A DNA stretch of 63,191 nucleotides, filler included, from Octopus bimaculoides (lineage: Eukaryota): the NCBI RefSeq assembly GCF_001194135.2. It is 4 parts of 4 records of this genome, joined end to end, with 100 filler letters (N's around TTAATTAATTAA, not from the genome) between each part and the next. Parts side by side here need not be neighbours in the genome. Positions count along the whole stretch, not along the records: positions 27,337 to 50,840 come from NC_068985.1; 3 more parts are not named here. One strand, given 5' to 3'. The position numbers and the translations under genes are program-made. This document shows, piece after piece, positions 36,487 through 49,566 of this stretch (position 1 is its first letter; every line of letters begins with the position of its first letter). Below the pieces are notes generated by a model. That model did not search any database. It saw only the letters and a program-made list of their open reading frames with translations, and was not told where the DNA came from.

Positions 36487-37095
36487 TTAATATTTAGTAA
36501 ACATGCCGTTTGCCTTTTCCAATGCAAGGACCCTATTAGGCATGTTTCTGATCAGATGACGAATATTCTCTTGCGGAATTTCTGGCCACGTTTCATGTAG
36601 TAATCTCAAAAGATTTGGCTTTGAAAATGCTTTCTTTTTCTTTTTATGAAGTGCCCTATCCATTATGTCCCAGAAGTATTCAACGGGTTCATATCTGGTG
36701 ACTGGCTTGGCCATGGAAACTTTTTAATGCCATTCTCATCCAACAAATTATGGGTCATTTAAGCCGTGCGACCAGGAGCCTCATCTTCCATAAATAAAGT
36801 CTTCTTTAATCATTTCACCACTGGAGAAGATTGGAAGGAATCCTTTCTACAATATGGACACATATTTATCTGAGTTTATTTTTCCTTCAAACTCCACGAA
36901 CTCTGCTCAACCATTGCTCCAAATTGCTCCCCAGACCATCACAGAATAGCTGCTGTGTTTCATTGTTGGCTGCAATCTTTACACATCAAATTCATGATCA
37001 CAGAGTTTCCAGACCCACACTAGACCACTGTCAGGAAATGTTTGTTTTTATTGTCCTATTATTTGGGCACTGCGGTAGGTGGAAAATCCACTTTC
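36487..37095 (-). mobile_element. Tc1-like DD34E transposase remnant (C-terminal half)
   Basis: Manual translation gives FMEDEAPGRTA*MTHNLLDENGIKKFPWPSQSPDMNP[fs]EYFWDIMDRAL...NMPNRVLALEKANGMFTKY. D-to-E spacing is 34 after correcting one frameshift. Confidence 0.85.
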
Positions 37096-37097
37096 GC

Positions 37098-37800
37098 GTT
37101 CTATAGAGGATTAACGGCGGGTTAAAGCGACGACGTTCTTAAGGAGACCTTGGACGTTGAAGACGCTCAACCAGCCATCCACTTCCGGAGAACTTTAGAC
37201 AAAGAGCCGATGGATAACTTTCAGAAATCCCTGGCCTGACAGGAGCATTGCCGATTCGAGATAAACTTTACAAGCATAGAAGTGTCGTTAGTCGAGCAAG
37301 TCCGAGATGTACGCAGGGCAACGAAACCGTGCCCAAATATTGCTGATCAGCGGGTTTATATCAAACACCTGCTGTCACGCGTGGGACGGATCCGGCCATC
37401 AGCTGAATCCATCATGAAAATCGTCCCGCCACATTCTTTTAATCGAGAAGGGAAGGCAGTTTCTATATGCTTGGTGGCCATAGTAAAAGAGGTAAACGCG
37501 ATTGAGGGGGCTGAAGACAAATACTTGCCTCTGACCTATTCCTCATCAAATAATTGTGGAGAGGGAAGTGTTGCCTGCTAGCCATTTTTTGTTAAAAGGT
37601 GAATGAGAGTGGTGAGCATGATGTGAATGAAAGGGCCTGCGCTAAGAATATGCCTGCAAATCGGAGGTAAAAAAACTGAGAAGAGGCACTTTCTCCAGCA
37701 GTCAGGGAACCCGTAGTTTTATGGGGGTTTTTCCATGAGCAGCGCTCGAACATCTCCCTATTGATGAATACTCATTGTTAAAATGTTATTCTTAACTTTT
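37098..37800 (+). mobile_element. Tx1 LINE 3' fragment (third subfamily)
   Basis: Homologous to 681-971 and 340-792 (FYRGL...DDVL.ETL...MDNFQK.LA; SRVGRIRPSAESIMKI). Confidence 0.8.
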
Positions 37801-37971
37801 TTTTTTTCTATTATTCTTAAACTTGTTTACACGCTAAACCCGCACACCACCATCACGCACACATACATACACACACTCAATGTCTTGTCCTGTGCCGCTC
37901 TTAATGTTTACTTAATTGCAAACCTTTCATGGCTAATGAATAAATCACCATCATCCTCATCGTTATTATCC

Positions 37972-38269
37972 ATACCAAAGAAATTGAAAAAAATTGAGAA
38001 ACATCAGGATCTAGAGAGAAAGCTGAAGATACTATGGAAGATCAAAACAACAATTATTCTTGTGGTAATTAGTGCACTTGGTACGGTAACCAAAATTTTG
38101 TGTAAAAGACTGAAAGAGACTGGAACTTTAACTCGCATTGTCGACCTGCAACAAAATATCATTTTGTCTTCAGCAAGAATCCTAAGGAAGATTTCTTAGA
38201 TTTCATGAGACGCGTTGTTACCAAACTTCAAAATAAAATCCCTGCTAATTAAACTAGCATGTACCAGCT

Positions 38270-38271
<2 letters not shown>
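37972..38271 (+). mobile_element. R4/Dong-like LINE 3' end
   Basis: 'KKIEKHQDLERKLKILW...ILVVISALGTV...ILSSARILRK' is an RLE C-terminus; a short UTR and (TAA)n (38272-38323) follow. Confidence 0.8.
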
Positions 38272-38324
<53 letters not shown>

Positions 38325-38325
<1 letters not shown>

Positions 38326-38529
38326 CCTTTATACTATAGGCACAAGGCCTGAAATTGGGGATGGGATAGTCGATTACATTGATCTCCCCAGCACACAACT
38401 GGTACTTAATTTATCGACCTCGAAAGGATGAAAGGCAAAGTCGACCTCGGCGGAATTTGAACTCAAAACGTAGCGGCTGACGAAATACCGCTAAGCACTT
38501 CGCCCGGCATGCTAACAATTCTGCCAGCT
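38325..38529 (-). mobile_element. SINE family B (AAT-tailed type)
   Basis: Family B head and body; tail GGCCTTGTGCCTATAGT...(ATT)n. Confidence 0.8.
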
Positions 38530-38571
38530 ATTTTATAATAATAATAATGATGATGATGATGATGATGATGA

Positions 38572-38607
<36 letters not shown>

Positions 38608-38689
38608 CGGCAGCTGCAGCGGTGTTGTTAATCATAATAGTACTTTCTATTTAATTCAATATTCAATTTTATAGAGATATTCCTTTCAT

Positions 38690-39290
38690 TTTCTCTTACC
38701 TCCATTTTGTTTATTTCTCCCGTCTCTTTTCTGCTTTCATTTCTCGTCTTGTCCTTCTTCTGCTTTACCTTTCCTCTTCAATTTTACCTCCCATTCCGTC
38801 CTATTCCGTCCCATCCCGCCCCATGCATTCCATCTATTTATATTTCCCTTTCTCTTTTAATTTGTTTCTCATTCTTTTCTATATTTTCCTCCTTTCTCTT
38901 TTCTCCCTCTCTTCTCTTCTTCATCTTTCTGCCTCGCTCTCTCCTTTACCTTCCTTATTCTCTGTATTACTCTCTTTTCCTATTCTCATTGATGTACTCC
39001 CACTCTATTCTCTGCTCTTTCCTTTTCATCTCTTTTCATCTTATTCCGTCTCTTCCATCATGTTTCCTCTTCTTTCACCCATTCTCTTCCTCTCACACTT
39101 TAATTTTTCTCTCACTCTCTCCTCCTCCTCCTCCTGTCAACCTCCTCTCTCAAACTATTCCTCTCTTCAAAACTCCTACCTTCTCTTCTCTTCTCTATCC
39201 CCGCTTGTCTAAAATTCCAACCACCACAAAATGTCCGTCTTCTGTCTCTCCACTTAAACCTCCTCCTCCTCCTCCTCCTCATTCTTATCC
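38690..39290. repeat. Polypyrimidine (CT-rich) low-complexity tract
   Basis: Direct reading; similar purine/pyrimidine tracts lie at 29930-30345, 55660-55940 and 56365-56990. Confidence 0.85.
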
Positions 39291-39794
39291 ATTTACAGCC
39301 GCCCAACTCTCTATCATTCCTCTCCAAACTTTACTAATCAATTATAAAGGAATCTGTAAGAGTCCTTCACTTGCAACAGCAGTCGCCAGCTGAACAAACA
39401 AAAATTCCCACCAATGATGTTCCACTTGTCTGTTATAGACTATCAGAAACAGATAGGTATTTCAAAGCCGACTGAAAGTGTTGTCTCTTCGTTTCTGAAA
39501 ACGTATGATTTCATACTCGTTAAAACTATCCTCATTCTAGCCTTACTACAAAATAATGAGCCTAACATCCTGTCGTCAGCAAGAAAAATGTTCAGATGCT
39601 GTAATGCATTTTGAATAGAGGTAAAATTGAAAGAATGGATTTGTACTCGAAGTATTAAAATAAAAATCTCTAGGATCTGTGTTCAAATGTACTACAGAAG
39701 TTGTTTCTAATAAATTTAAGTTGGACACATAATAGAATCTGTTTCAGTCACCTCAGGAAGCTAGTTGTTATGAAACCTTCTGTATTGATATGCA

Positions 39795-40408
39795 CGGGCA
39801 TGGTTGTGTGGTAAAGAAGCTCATTTTGCTACCATGTTGTTTCGGGTTCAGTCCCACTGCATGGCATGGTGGATGAGTGTCTTTTATTATAGCCCCGAGT
39901 CAACCAAAACCTTGTGAGTGGATTTGGTAGAATGGCTTCTTTTGGTTTCAGTCTACCAAATCTATTCACAAGGCTTTGGTCAGCCTGTGTCTATAGTAGA
40001 AGTCAAAATTTATTCTCAGTTAAAGGGAGAAAGAGAACATACAGATGCAGGTGTGGTTGTATGGTAAGAAGTTTCCTCCCTAATCACATGGTTCATGGTT
40101 CAGTCCTACTGAACGGTACCATAAGCAAGTGCCTTCTTATATAGCCTCGGACTGACCAAAACCTTGTTTAGTGGATTTGGTAGATGGAAACTGAAAAAAA
40201 GCCCGTCATAAATATGTGTGTGTGTCTTTGTATCTGTGTTTGTCCCCACTCATTGCTTGACAACCGGTATTGGTGTGTTTATGTCCCTGCAATTTAGTGG
40301 TTCGGCAAAGGAGACCAACAGAATAAAAGTACTAGGCTCTAAAAAAATAAATCCTGGGGGCCGATTCGTTCGACTAAAACCCTTCAAAGCGGTGCCACTG
40401 CATGGCCA
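39795..40408 (+). mobile_element. Two tandem SINE family A copies (39795-39995 and 40050-40408)
   Basis: Two heads containing GGTTCAGTCC; the second continues through the 3' half. Confidence 0.8.
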
Positions 40409-40447
40409 CATACATACATACATACATACATACATACATACGTACGT

Positions 40448-40622
40448 ACATAAAACAAAACATACAAATCTGCACATATATATACATACATACATACATA
40501 CATACATACATACATACATACCCTGTTGATGTTGAAATTCCAATGAAGGAGCCTTGGATCTAGGTTAGAAACCGGTTCTTTCTCTATCAGCAAGATATCT
40601 TGAAATAAAACTGACTAATGAC
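40448..40622 (+). mobile_element. 3' UTR-only copy of the 41141-41878 family
   Basis: Shares CTGTTGATGTTGAAATTCCAATGAAGGAGCCTTGGAT...GCAAGA..TCTTGAAA...TAATGAC with 41777-41878; flanked by (CATA)n. Confidence 0.8.
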
Positions 40623-40690
40623 AAACATGCATACATAGATACATACATAGCTGAGCAAAAGATGTGCATACGCCGCTAGATGTATATAAA

Positions 40691-40920
40691 GGCGGCGAGC
40701 TGGCTGAATCGTTAGCACGCCGGGCGAAATGCTTAGCGGTATTTCGTCAGCCGTGACGTTCTGAGTTCAAATTCCGTGGAGATAGACTTTGCCATTCATC
40801 CTTTCGGGTCGATTAAATAAGCACCAGTTACGCTGGGGTCGATGTAACTGACTTAATCCTCTTGTCTGTCCTTGTTTGTCCCCTGTATGTTTAGCCCCCT
40901 GTGGGCAATAAAAGAAATAA
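40691..40920 (+). mobile_element. SINE family B
   Basis: Near-identical to 49221-49451. Confidence 0.85.
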
Positions 40921-41140
40921 AGCTATATGTATATATAAATCCAAGAAAAAAAAACGGAACAAGAACGTAACGGACGACAATAAAAATATACGGGTAGATG
41001 GACGATGCAAAGACAGACAGGAAAAACCGGATGGAACATTCGTGGTTTTCTATTCATCAGTCAAGCTTCCAACCATCATTACAATTTCGGCCTGTTACAC
41101 TCAAGACTGTTCAAAATACATACATACATACATACATACA

Positions 41141-41878
41141 ACGGAAATGTCATCATGGTATCATCTACAGATGAGACATTGTAGCTAGATACTCTATAAT
41201 GAGATCTGTCGGAAGAGTAACCCCGAGGACAAAGAAATAAGAACCTTCATTATGATAGAAGCCATAGCCACTCATAATAAAAAGGTGTGCTGGTGGAATG
41301 TTCGAGTGAAAACCTCAATAAAATGTAAACATAATAGACCTGATATAATGATTTGGGATAGAGAAGAGAATCTATGTACAGTTGTGGAAATTAGCTGTCC
41401 AGCGGATGTTAACATAAAGCTAAAATTCAGTGAAAAAGAAAATACCTACGCTGAACTATTGAGGAATCTACAGATACTCTAACCAGGTTACAAGTCCAGG
41501 TTTATGTCTGTAATTATTGGGGCACTGGGATGTGTAACACACTGCCTAAATACCAACCTTGAGAAATTAGGCTTCTCAAAACCAGAAAGGAGAAGGTTGA
41601 TTCGAAGACTATAGATCCAAGCCATCACTGGAACTGTAAAAATCTGTAAAACATTCCAGAAGCTTATGATTTAAGTATATATGAGCAAGTCTACACATGT
41701 AGCTATATGCATGAGAAGACATACATAAAGCAAAACATGCAAATTTGCACATATACATATATACATACAAAAATACTCTGTTGATGTTGAAATTCCAATG
41801 AAGGAGCCTTGGATTTAGATTAGAAATCGGCTTTTTTTTTACTATTGGCAAGAAATCTTGAAAACAAAATGAATAATG
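41141..41878 (+). mobile_element. RLE-type LINE 3' fragment (second family) flanked by (CATA)n
   Basis: 'KHNRPDIMIWDREENLCTVVEISCPADVN...KENTYAELL' is the PD..E RLE motif, followed by 'VIIGALG'. (TACA)n lies on both sides. Confidence 0.85.
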
Positions 41879-42248
41879 ACATACATACATACATACATAC
41901 ATACATACATACATACATACATACATACATACATGTAAAACGAAAGAAACAATAGAAGCAAATTATGATATCGTTGTACAGTGACCATTATCTGAAGTGG
42001 AGTGTTGAATCAACGTCATGCTGCCGCCGCTGCCGATGTCAGCGCTGCTGCTATACCTGACCATTGGGTATCAAACATTGCAGTTAGGAGACGGTAACAT
42101 CCACAATATTTGCCATTGTTACTAATAACTCCTACAGTCTCTATTGATTTATATATCTTTTTAACAATCTATCAGCCTATCTATCTATCTGCCTGCCTCT
42201 CTGTCTGTTTGTATATCTGTCTGTCTTTCAGTCTATCGATCTTTCTAT

Positions 42249-42304
<56 letters not shown>

Positions 42305-42397
42305 ATCACTTTTTCTCATATTCTCTTACACATTTTGTTCCTCATCATCTCTCCCTTATTTTACTATTACTTCTTCATCACCTCTTCTTTCTCTCTC

Positions 42398-42507
<110 letters not shown>

Positions 42508-42629
42508 CCTCTCCTTCGATGTTCAGCTAAGCATTACGTCCAGCTTGCTAACGGTTCTGCCAGCTCACCGCCTTAGATATGCGGCATAATATAACGGTCA
42601 TGAACCCACGTGAGGCTACACTTCACGTT

Positions 42630-42745
42630 AATATAGAGTATGTATATGCATGTATGTATATGCATGTATGTATATGCATGTATGTATATGCATGTATGTA
42701 TATGCATGTATGTATATGCATGTATGTATATGCATGTATGCATGT
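42630..42745. repeat. Tandem 14-mer (ATGTATATGCATGT)n
   Basis: About seven tandem units read directly. Confidence 0.85.
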
Positions 42746-43354
42746 AAGAATGCATATACAAGAGGTTGCTGAAACGTTCTTGGCTTTGGGTAAAAGAAAA
42801 TACAGGAGGATCAATTAATTAATTTTAGCATATTCTCCTCTCAGATTCACACACTTATTTCAGCGGTCCTTCAGTTTTCTTAAGCTCTTTAAAAAAAGTA
42901 CAGCCAGCCCTTCCGCGATACCCTTAAAGACAGGTACTTTTCAGCACCCCTTCGTATATCTTATATTCATGTAACTCAAACTCTGCCAGATCATCTTGTG
43001 ATCACCCATTAAAACCTCCCAATGTAACTCACATCTCATACTGTCTCGCTCACGAAATACCGAACCGAAAACTACAGTGAGAGAAATTCTAAATAAATAT
43101 GCGTGATTTAAAATGAAAGTGAGTTACGATAAAAGGTGTTATACTGATAAAAATTGCAGATTAACAAACGAAGAATGAAGCGAGCAAATGAGAAAGACAG
43201 ACAGAAAATTAACAAGAGATTGCGTTTCAAAACAAACTGCATTCAAGGGGGCCGGCCAACTCATTATATGTAGTCATAAGGTTGGTTCAACTAACTAATA
43301 TAAGAATGTTTTATATCGTAGCTGAATATTCTCTGCTATTTATACAGGAAGGGT

Positions 43355-43713
43355 GGAGGCGCAATGGCCCAGTGATTAGGGCAGCGGACTCGCGGTTATA
43401 GGAACGCGGTTTCGATTCCCAGACCGAGCGTTGTGAGTGTTTATTGAGCGAAAACGCCTAAAGTTCCACGAGGCTCCGGCAGGGGTTGGTGGCGAACCCA
43501 GCTGTATTCTTTCACCACAACTTTCTCTCACTCTTACTTCCTGTTTCTGTTGTGCCTGTAATTCGAAGGGCCAGCCTTGTCACACTCTGTGTCACGCTGA
43601 ATATCCCCGAGAACTACGTTAAGGGTACACGTGTGTGTGGAGTGCTCAGCCAGTTGTACGTTAATTTCACGAGTGGCTGTTCCGTTGATCGGATCAACTG
43701 CAACCCTCGTCGT
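43355..43713 (+). mobile_element. tRNA-derived SINE (distinct family)
   Basis: A-box TGGCCCAGTGATT, B-box-like GTTTCGATTCCC and a unique ~300-bp body. Confidence 0.7.
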
Positions 43714-44045
43714 ATAGGAAGGAAACAAAGCACGTTTTCTCTCAAGAACGGTCAACAAATCGAGGAATTGTCCATTAATAGTTTATTTTCGACATATAGA
43801 AAGCATAGAAGGAATATGTTTACGTTCATATTTCTCTTACAGTTATGCATTCCAATAGATCTGTTTTTCTGTATGTAAGTATATGTATTTATACTTGCTT
43901 GTGTGTATATATGCGTGTATGTAGAGGTATATATCGGAATGCACAAATACATACATATATATACGCAAACACGCGCACACACTAACACACACACAAACAC
44001 ATCCACACGCACGCACGTGTGTGTGTGTGTATGTGTGCGGTTGAG

Positions 44046-44047
<2 letters not shown>

Positions 44048-44120
<73 letters not shown>
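44048..44120. repeat. (GAAA)n microsatellite
   Basis: Direct reading. Confidence 0.95.
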
Positions 44121-44358
44121 ATTCTTATTTGGAATTGGATCTCGAAGCACATAAATGCCATAATAGCATGTAAATAGATTTTTAAAATCCTTTTGAATAA
44201 AAAGAAAGATTGGATGGCTACCCACGGCTTTCTCCACCCAATATTTAAATTCTATTACTTATAGTGTCTATGTGCTTCGAGATCCAGTTCCCGAAAACTA
44301 AATGATTTCATGTTCTCTCGAAAGATTATAAATTCTTATGACGTCATTAACAACAACG

Positions 44359-44389
<31 letters not shown>

Positions 44390-44844
44390 TGCACACAGAT
44401 ACACACTGACATATACATATATACAGAGATACATACCTACATAGCATATGTACATACACATAATATATGTGTCTATGTGTGTGCGTCTGTGTGTGTGTGT
44501 GTTTGTGTTATGTCATATAAGTCATTTGTTATTCCTTTCTAATGAATCGTTTATACAGTGCTTAAAGAGTTTATTGCTAAGCTCAAGTAATATACGACGG
44601 AGAGAAAAAAATGTTTCCTCCATTTACTCAAGCAAACATTTAGCAATCGACTTAAAGTGAAATTTGATACATTTGTTATTGTCACTTTATTACGTTCAAT
44701 GCTTTATTTACTTCATCGATTAGTCATGACTTGCAGAAATATAAGCCCACGAAGAAAGAAAGTAGATTTAATTGTTTTAAAGACAATAGTATTATATGAA
44801 CATTCATATGAGAGTAGTTTTACGAGCGAGTATTAGAGTACCAT

Positions 44845-45035
44845 AGGCGCATGGCTCAGTGGTTAGAGCGTCGGGCTCACAATCCTGAGGTAGTGAGTTC
44901 GATTCCCGGACCGAATTGTGTGTTGTTTTCTTGAGCAAGACACTTTATTTTACATTGTTTCATTCCACTCGGCGATGGAAATAAGTTGCGACGTCACTGG
45001 TGCCAGGCTGTATCGGCCTCAACCTTTTCCCTGGA
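44845..45035 (+). mobile_element. tRNA-derived SINE with CORE/Meta-like box
   Basis: TGGCTCAGTGGTTAGAGCG...GAGTTCGATTCCCGG, then TTGAGCAAGACACTT. Confidence 0.7.
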
Positions 45036-45054
45036 TACTGTGTGCGTGTGTGTA

Positions 45055-45088
<34 letters not shown>

Positions 45089-45885
45089 TAGTCACGTGCA
45101 TGACCGTGGTTAAGAAGCTTGTTTCCTAGCCATGTGGCCTTTGGATGTTCAGTTTCACTGCACAGCACCTTAGGCAAGTGTCATCTACTATTGCCCCTTG
45201 CAAGGAGTATTTTGTAGACAGAAGCCGAATAAACCCATCGTGTGTGTGTGTGTGTGTGTTGTTTGTCCCCCACCTCAACCGGTTTTGGTTTGTTTACATT
45301 AGTTATGACGGTAACCAGAGTGAACTCGATAGCAACCTCCATCATCTTTGTAATTATACCACATAGATTCTTCTTTATGAGGTTCAGTGCATGCGAGTTA
45401 AACAAAAAATTCCGCATTGCAAAATTACTTGTCAGCTGATATAGCAGCACGGAAAGCTTCAAGATTCTTTTATAGATTGTTATGTTCACAAAACATAAGG
45501 AAGCACAGAACTCTAACATCTGCATATGACATTGCGCCTCAAACCGCAATTAGTTTCGATAACTTGACACCGAACCTCAAACAGCTGGAGTTTTGAGACT
45601 CGCAATCCAGCCGTGAAACTTTGCAGCCTTGGTTTCTGAACAAAAAGCAAAACTTGCACTCAACAAGAAACATCACTTTGACCCACTGCTCAACACCAAA
45701 CTCCTATTGCTCCTTGGCCCGTATCAACTGCTTGTGACTAAGAAATTGCTTAGTCCTAGATACTTGCGCCTCATCTCATTATAGATGTCTCCCCACGTTA
45801 TCAAACCAACTCTATTCCACAATTTCTTCACGATGCTCTAGTCATCCATCTTGATGGTGTAGCTCCTTTTTCCACACATTGGTCA

Positions 45886-46378
45886 TTGCTTACGAACCAC
45901 ATGGTTCCGGGTTCAGTCCCACTGCGTGGCACCTTGGGCAAGTGTCTTTAGAGTGTCTTCTGGAATTGTGAGAAGCGTTGAGTGACCCTTTAATTATTAT
46001 TACTTCCAGGCCCATTCTCATTAGGATACGTTTATTTCCCAGTGGTAGAGGAAGACTCGGTATTTTCAAGTGTCTTCAAGTGCCTCAGGCCGACCAAAGC
46101 CTTGTGAGTGGATTTGGTAGACGGAAACTGAAAGAAGCCCGTCGTATATGTGTATATATATTTATATGTGTGTCTGTCTGTGTTTGTCCCCCCAACATCG
46201 CTTGAAAACCGATGTTGGTGTGTTTACGTCCCCGTAATCTAGCAGTTCGGCAAAAGAGACCGATAGAATAAGTACTAGGCTTACAAAGAATAAGTCCTGG
46301 AGTCGATTTGCTCGACTAAAAGGCGGTGCTCCAGCGTGGCCACAGTCAAATGACTGAAACAAGTAAAAGAGTAAAAAA
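45886..46378 (+). mobile_element. SINE family A with a ~120-bp insertion at 45949-46070
   Basis: The sequence CAAGTGTCTT is duplicated either side of the insert. Confidence 0.85.
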
Positions 46379-46434
46379 GTAATGAGAGTATATTAATAAC
46401 ATTACAAGTATATTAAAATTACATTAAAATACTG

Positions 46435-46810
46435 ATTTCAAATTTTAGCACAAGGCCAGCAAGTTCGGCAGAGGTGGGTAAGTCCATTACATCGAGCCCA
46501 GTACTCAACTGGTATTTATTTTATCGACCACGAAAAGGTGAAAAGTAAAGTCAACCTCGGTAGAATTTGAATTCAGAATGTAAAATCGGACAAAATGCCG
46601 CAAAATTATATTAAAATGTTCATTTCAAGGGCCAGAAAGTTCGAGGGAAGATCTAAGTCGATTACTTCGACCCCAGTACTGAACTGCTGCTTAATTTATT
46701 AACCCCGAAAGGATAAAAATCAAAGTCGACCTCGAACTCAAAATATATATACAGACGAGATGCCCCAAAGAATTTCGCCCGACGGGTTAACGATTCTGCC
46801 AGCTCACCAC
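46435..46810 (-). mobile_element. Two diverged SINE family B copies
   Basis: AAAGTCAACCTCGG..GAATTTGAA motif occurs twice. Confidence 0.7.
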
Positions 46811-47807
46811 ATTCAAGATATTAGCTGAAGGAATATTACTTAAATGCATTAAGATATTTCTGTAATATTTTGAGACAGCAGATTTTTGTTTTATATTTGT
46901 ATCTTTACATTTGATAATTTACAGTATTTATAATCTACAGTAATAGAAGTGAACGTCGGATCTGTATATTGTGTAAGCGCCTCTGAGGTGGATTTTATCA
47001 AAGGGTAGAAATATTCTCTCAGGCACATTCTATGAATGCTAGTCGTCATTATATACAAATATTTTCCCCAGTTTTCAGGGAAATTCCCGGAACCAGGTGT
47101 ATGTTGTACTTCCTGCATTCTCTCTCATCATTTTTGATGCTGCGTACGTGAGTGGGAGACGTGTATGGTGTCGTTAATAAAAAGAATACCCACTCGAACC
47201 AGCAGTAGCAGATACAGCGCGACAACCCCTACCACAATGTTTATCATCTAGCCACGATAACGGACGCTATTTTAAGGAGCACGACCAATCCAACCAACGC
47301 TACCACTACATTTCTCTCCCTTACCTCTCTCTCCTCCAACATCAAGCAAAGCCGACTTTGCCATCTCCCTCACTACAAAGAAACACAACATCTAACATCG
47401 TCAAGAGCCTCTACTCAAGTGGACATTTCAAAGCACAACGCAGAATTCAAACTGCATCGTTTCTAAAGCAACCCAGATATGACAAATGTATGCGTATATG
47501 CTTCTATGTACGTTTGATGTTGTCTGCAATAAATACGTTAACTTTGAGTATGTGCATACACTACAACCAGTTTTACATACGTACACGCTCACCCGCACAC
47601 ACTCACGCACACACACGCATAAAAGTATAAAAATAGATATATATGTATATCTGTGGCGGTATCTCTTAGATACCCTGTATTATAATTTTAAATAATTATT
47701 ACCTTTAATGGTTTTCATTCCCATACTGGCCACTTGATAAGATCAAAATTTTAAATATCGATCTTATCCTTATTTATATAAATATGTATATAAATATATA
47801 TGTATAT

Positions 47808-48715
47808 ACTCTTTACTCTTTTACTTGTTTCAGTCATTTGACTGCGGCCATGCTGGAGCACCGCCTTTAGTCGAGCAAAACGACCCCAGGACTTATTCTT
47901 TGTAAGCCTAGTACTTATTCTATCGGTCTCTTTTGCCGAACCGCTAAGTTACGGAGACGTAAACACACCAGCATNNNNNNNNNNNNNNNNNNNNNNNNNN
48001 NNNNNNNNNNNNNNNNNNNNNNNNNNNNNNNNNNNNNNNNNNNNNNNNNNNNNNNNNNNNNNNNNNNNNNNNNNNNNNNNNNNNNNNNNNNNNNNNNNNN
48101 NNNNNNNNNNNNNNNNNNNNNNNNNNNNNNNNNNNNNNNNNNNNNNNNNNNNNNNNNNNNNNNNNNNNNNNNNNNNNNNNNNNNNNNNNNNNNNNNNNNN
48201 NNNNNNNNNNNNNNNNNNNNNNNNNNNNNNNNNNNNNNNNNNNNNNNNNNNNNNNNNNNNNNNNNNNNNNNNNNNNNNNNNNNNNNNNNNNNNNNNNNNN
48301 NNNNNNNNNNNNNNNNNNNNNNNNNNNNNNNNNNNNNNNNNNNNNNNNNNNNNNNNNNNNNNNNNNNNNNNNNNNNNNNNNNNNNNNNNNNNNNNNNNNN
48401 NNNNNNNNNNNNNNNNNNNNNNNNNNNNNNNNNNNNNNNNNNNNNNNNNNNNNNNNNNNNNNNNNNNNNNNNNNNNNNNNNNNNNNNNNNNNNNNNNNNN
48501 NNNNNNNNNNNNNNNNNNNNNNNNNNNNNNNNNNNNNNNNNNNNNNNNNNNNNNNNNNNNNNNNNNNNNNNNNNNNTATATATATACACATATATACGAC
48601 GGGCATCTTTCAGTTTCCGTCTACCAAATCCACTCACAAGGCTTTGGTCGGTCCGAGGCTATAGTAGAAGACACCGGTCGTCAAGCGGTGATGTGGGACA
48701 AACACAAACACAAGG
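47808..48715 (-). mobile_element. SINE family A spanning a gap
   Basis: 3' half at 47808-47974, gap, then the 5' part at 48578-48675. Confidence 0.8.
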
Positions 48716-49149
48716 ACGCACACATGTGGATGTGGGTGTGTTTGCTTGTATGTATGTATACATGAATGTATGGATGGATGGATGGATGGATGGATGGATG
48801 GATGGATGGGTGGGTGGTTGGATGGATGCGCGTGATTGTGTACATGTGTGTATGGGTGTAAGGCGTAATCGTTTCGTCCAGGTAACTTTTGAATTGGTAA
48901 ACACACAATCAAAGGAATTCCAGTCCTGACCAATTATATTCCAGCTAGTGTATCCAATGTGTATCCACTCCCTATTTGTATGTTGATTAGGTATGATTCA
49001 AGAGAGATGCTGCTGTTATTTCTTACAGGTCGACTGAAATTAATATATCAGAGGGGAATATACTTCGTCTCTATGCAAAGTGACTTGTGTGAAACCTGTC
49101 TATGATTTAGCCACTTGCTGCATACTGGGAAATATACATACATACATAC

Positions 49150-49220
<71 letters not shown>

Positions 49221-49221
<1 letters not shown>

Positions 49222-49451
49222 TGCGGCGAGCTGGCAGAAACGTTAGCACGCCGGGCGAAATGCTTAGCGGTATTTCGTCTGCTGCTACGTTCTGAGTTCA
49301 AATTCTGCCGAGGTCGACTTTGCCTTTCATCCTTTCGGGGTCGATTAAATAAGTACCAGTTACGCACTGGGATCGATATAATCGACTTAATCCGTTTGTC
49401 TGTCCTTGTTTGTCCCCTCTGTGTGTAGCCCCTTGTGGGTAGTAAAGAAAT
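49221..49451 (+). mobile_element. tRNA-derived SINE family B (possible Deu/Nin-like central domain)
   Basis: GGCGAGCTGGCAGAA...GAGTTCAAATTC head, GCCTTTCATCCTTTCGGGGTCGAT..ATAAGTACC body and TTTGTCCCCTCTGTG..AGCCCCTTGTGGG tail. The Deu/Nin resemblance is from memory and unverified. Confidence 0.85.
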
Positions 49452-49484
49452 AATACATGTGTGTGTGTGTGTGTTCGTGTGTGC

Positions 49485-49566
<82 letters not shown>

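Noticed and set aside
38707-39393. 228-aa hydrophobic, membrane-like ORF (and similar F/L/S-rich ORFs at 42110-42589 and 55583-55900)
   Set aside because: Translation of polypyrimidine low-complexity DNA.
40530-40580. Hammerhead-like CCAATGAAGGAGCC...GAAACCGGTT in the RLE 3' UTR
   Set aside because: The core is CCAAUGA rather than CUGANGA, stem II is out of register, and the second copy (41795-41835) loses the pairing.
44845-44915. Functional tRNA gene (also 3707-3775 and 43355-43425)
   Set aside because: A and B boxes are present, but acceptor and anticodon stems do not close properly and SINE bodies follow, so these are treated as SINE heads.
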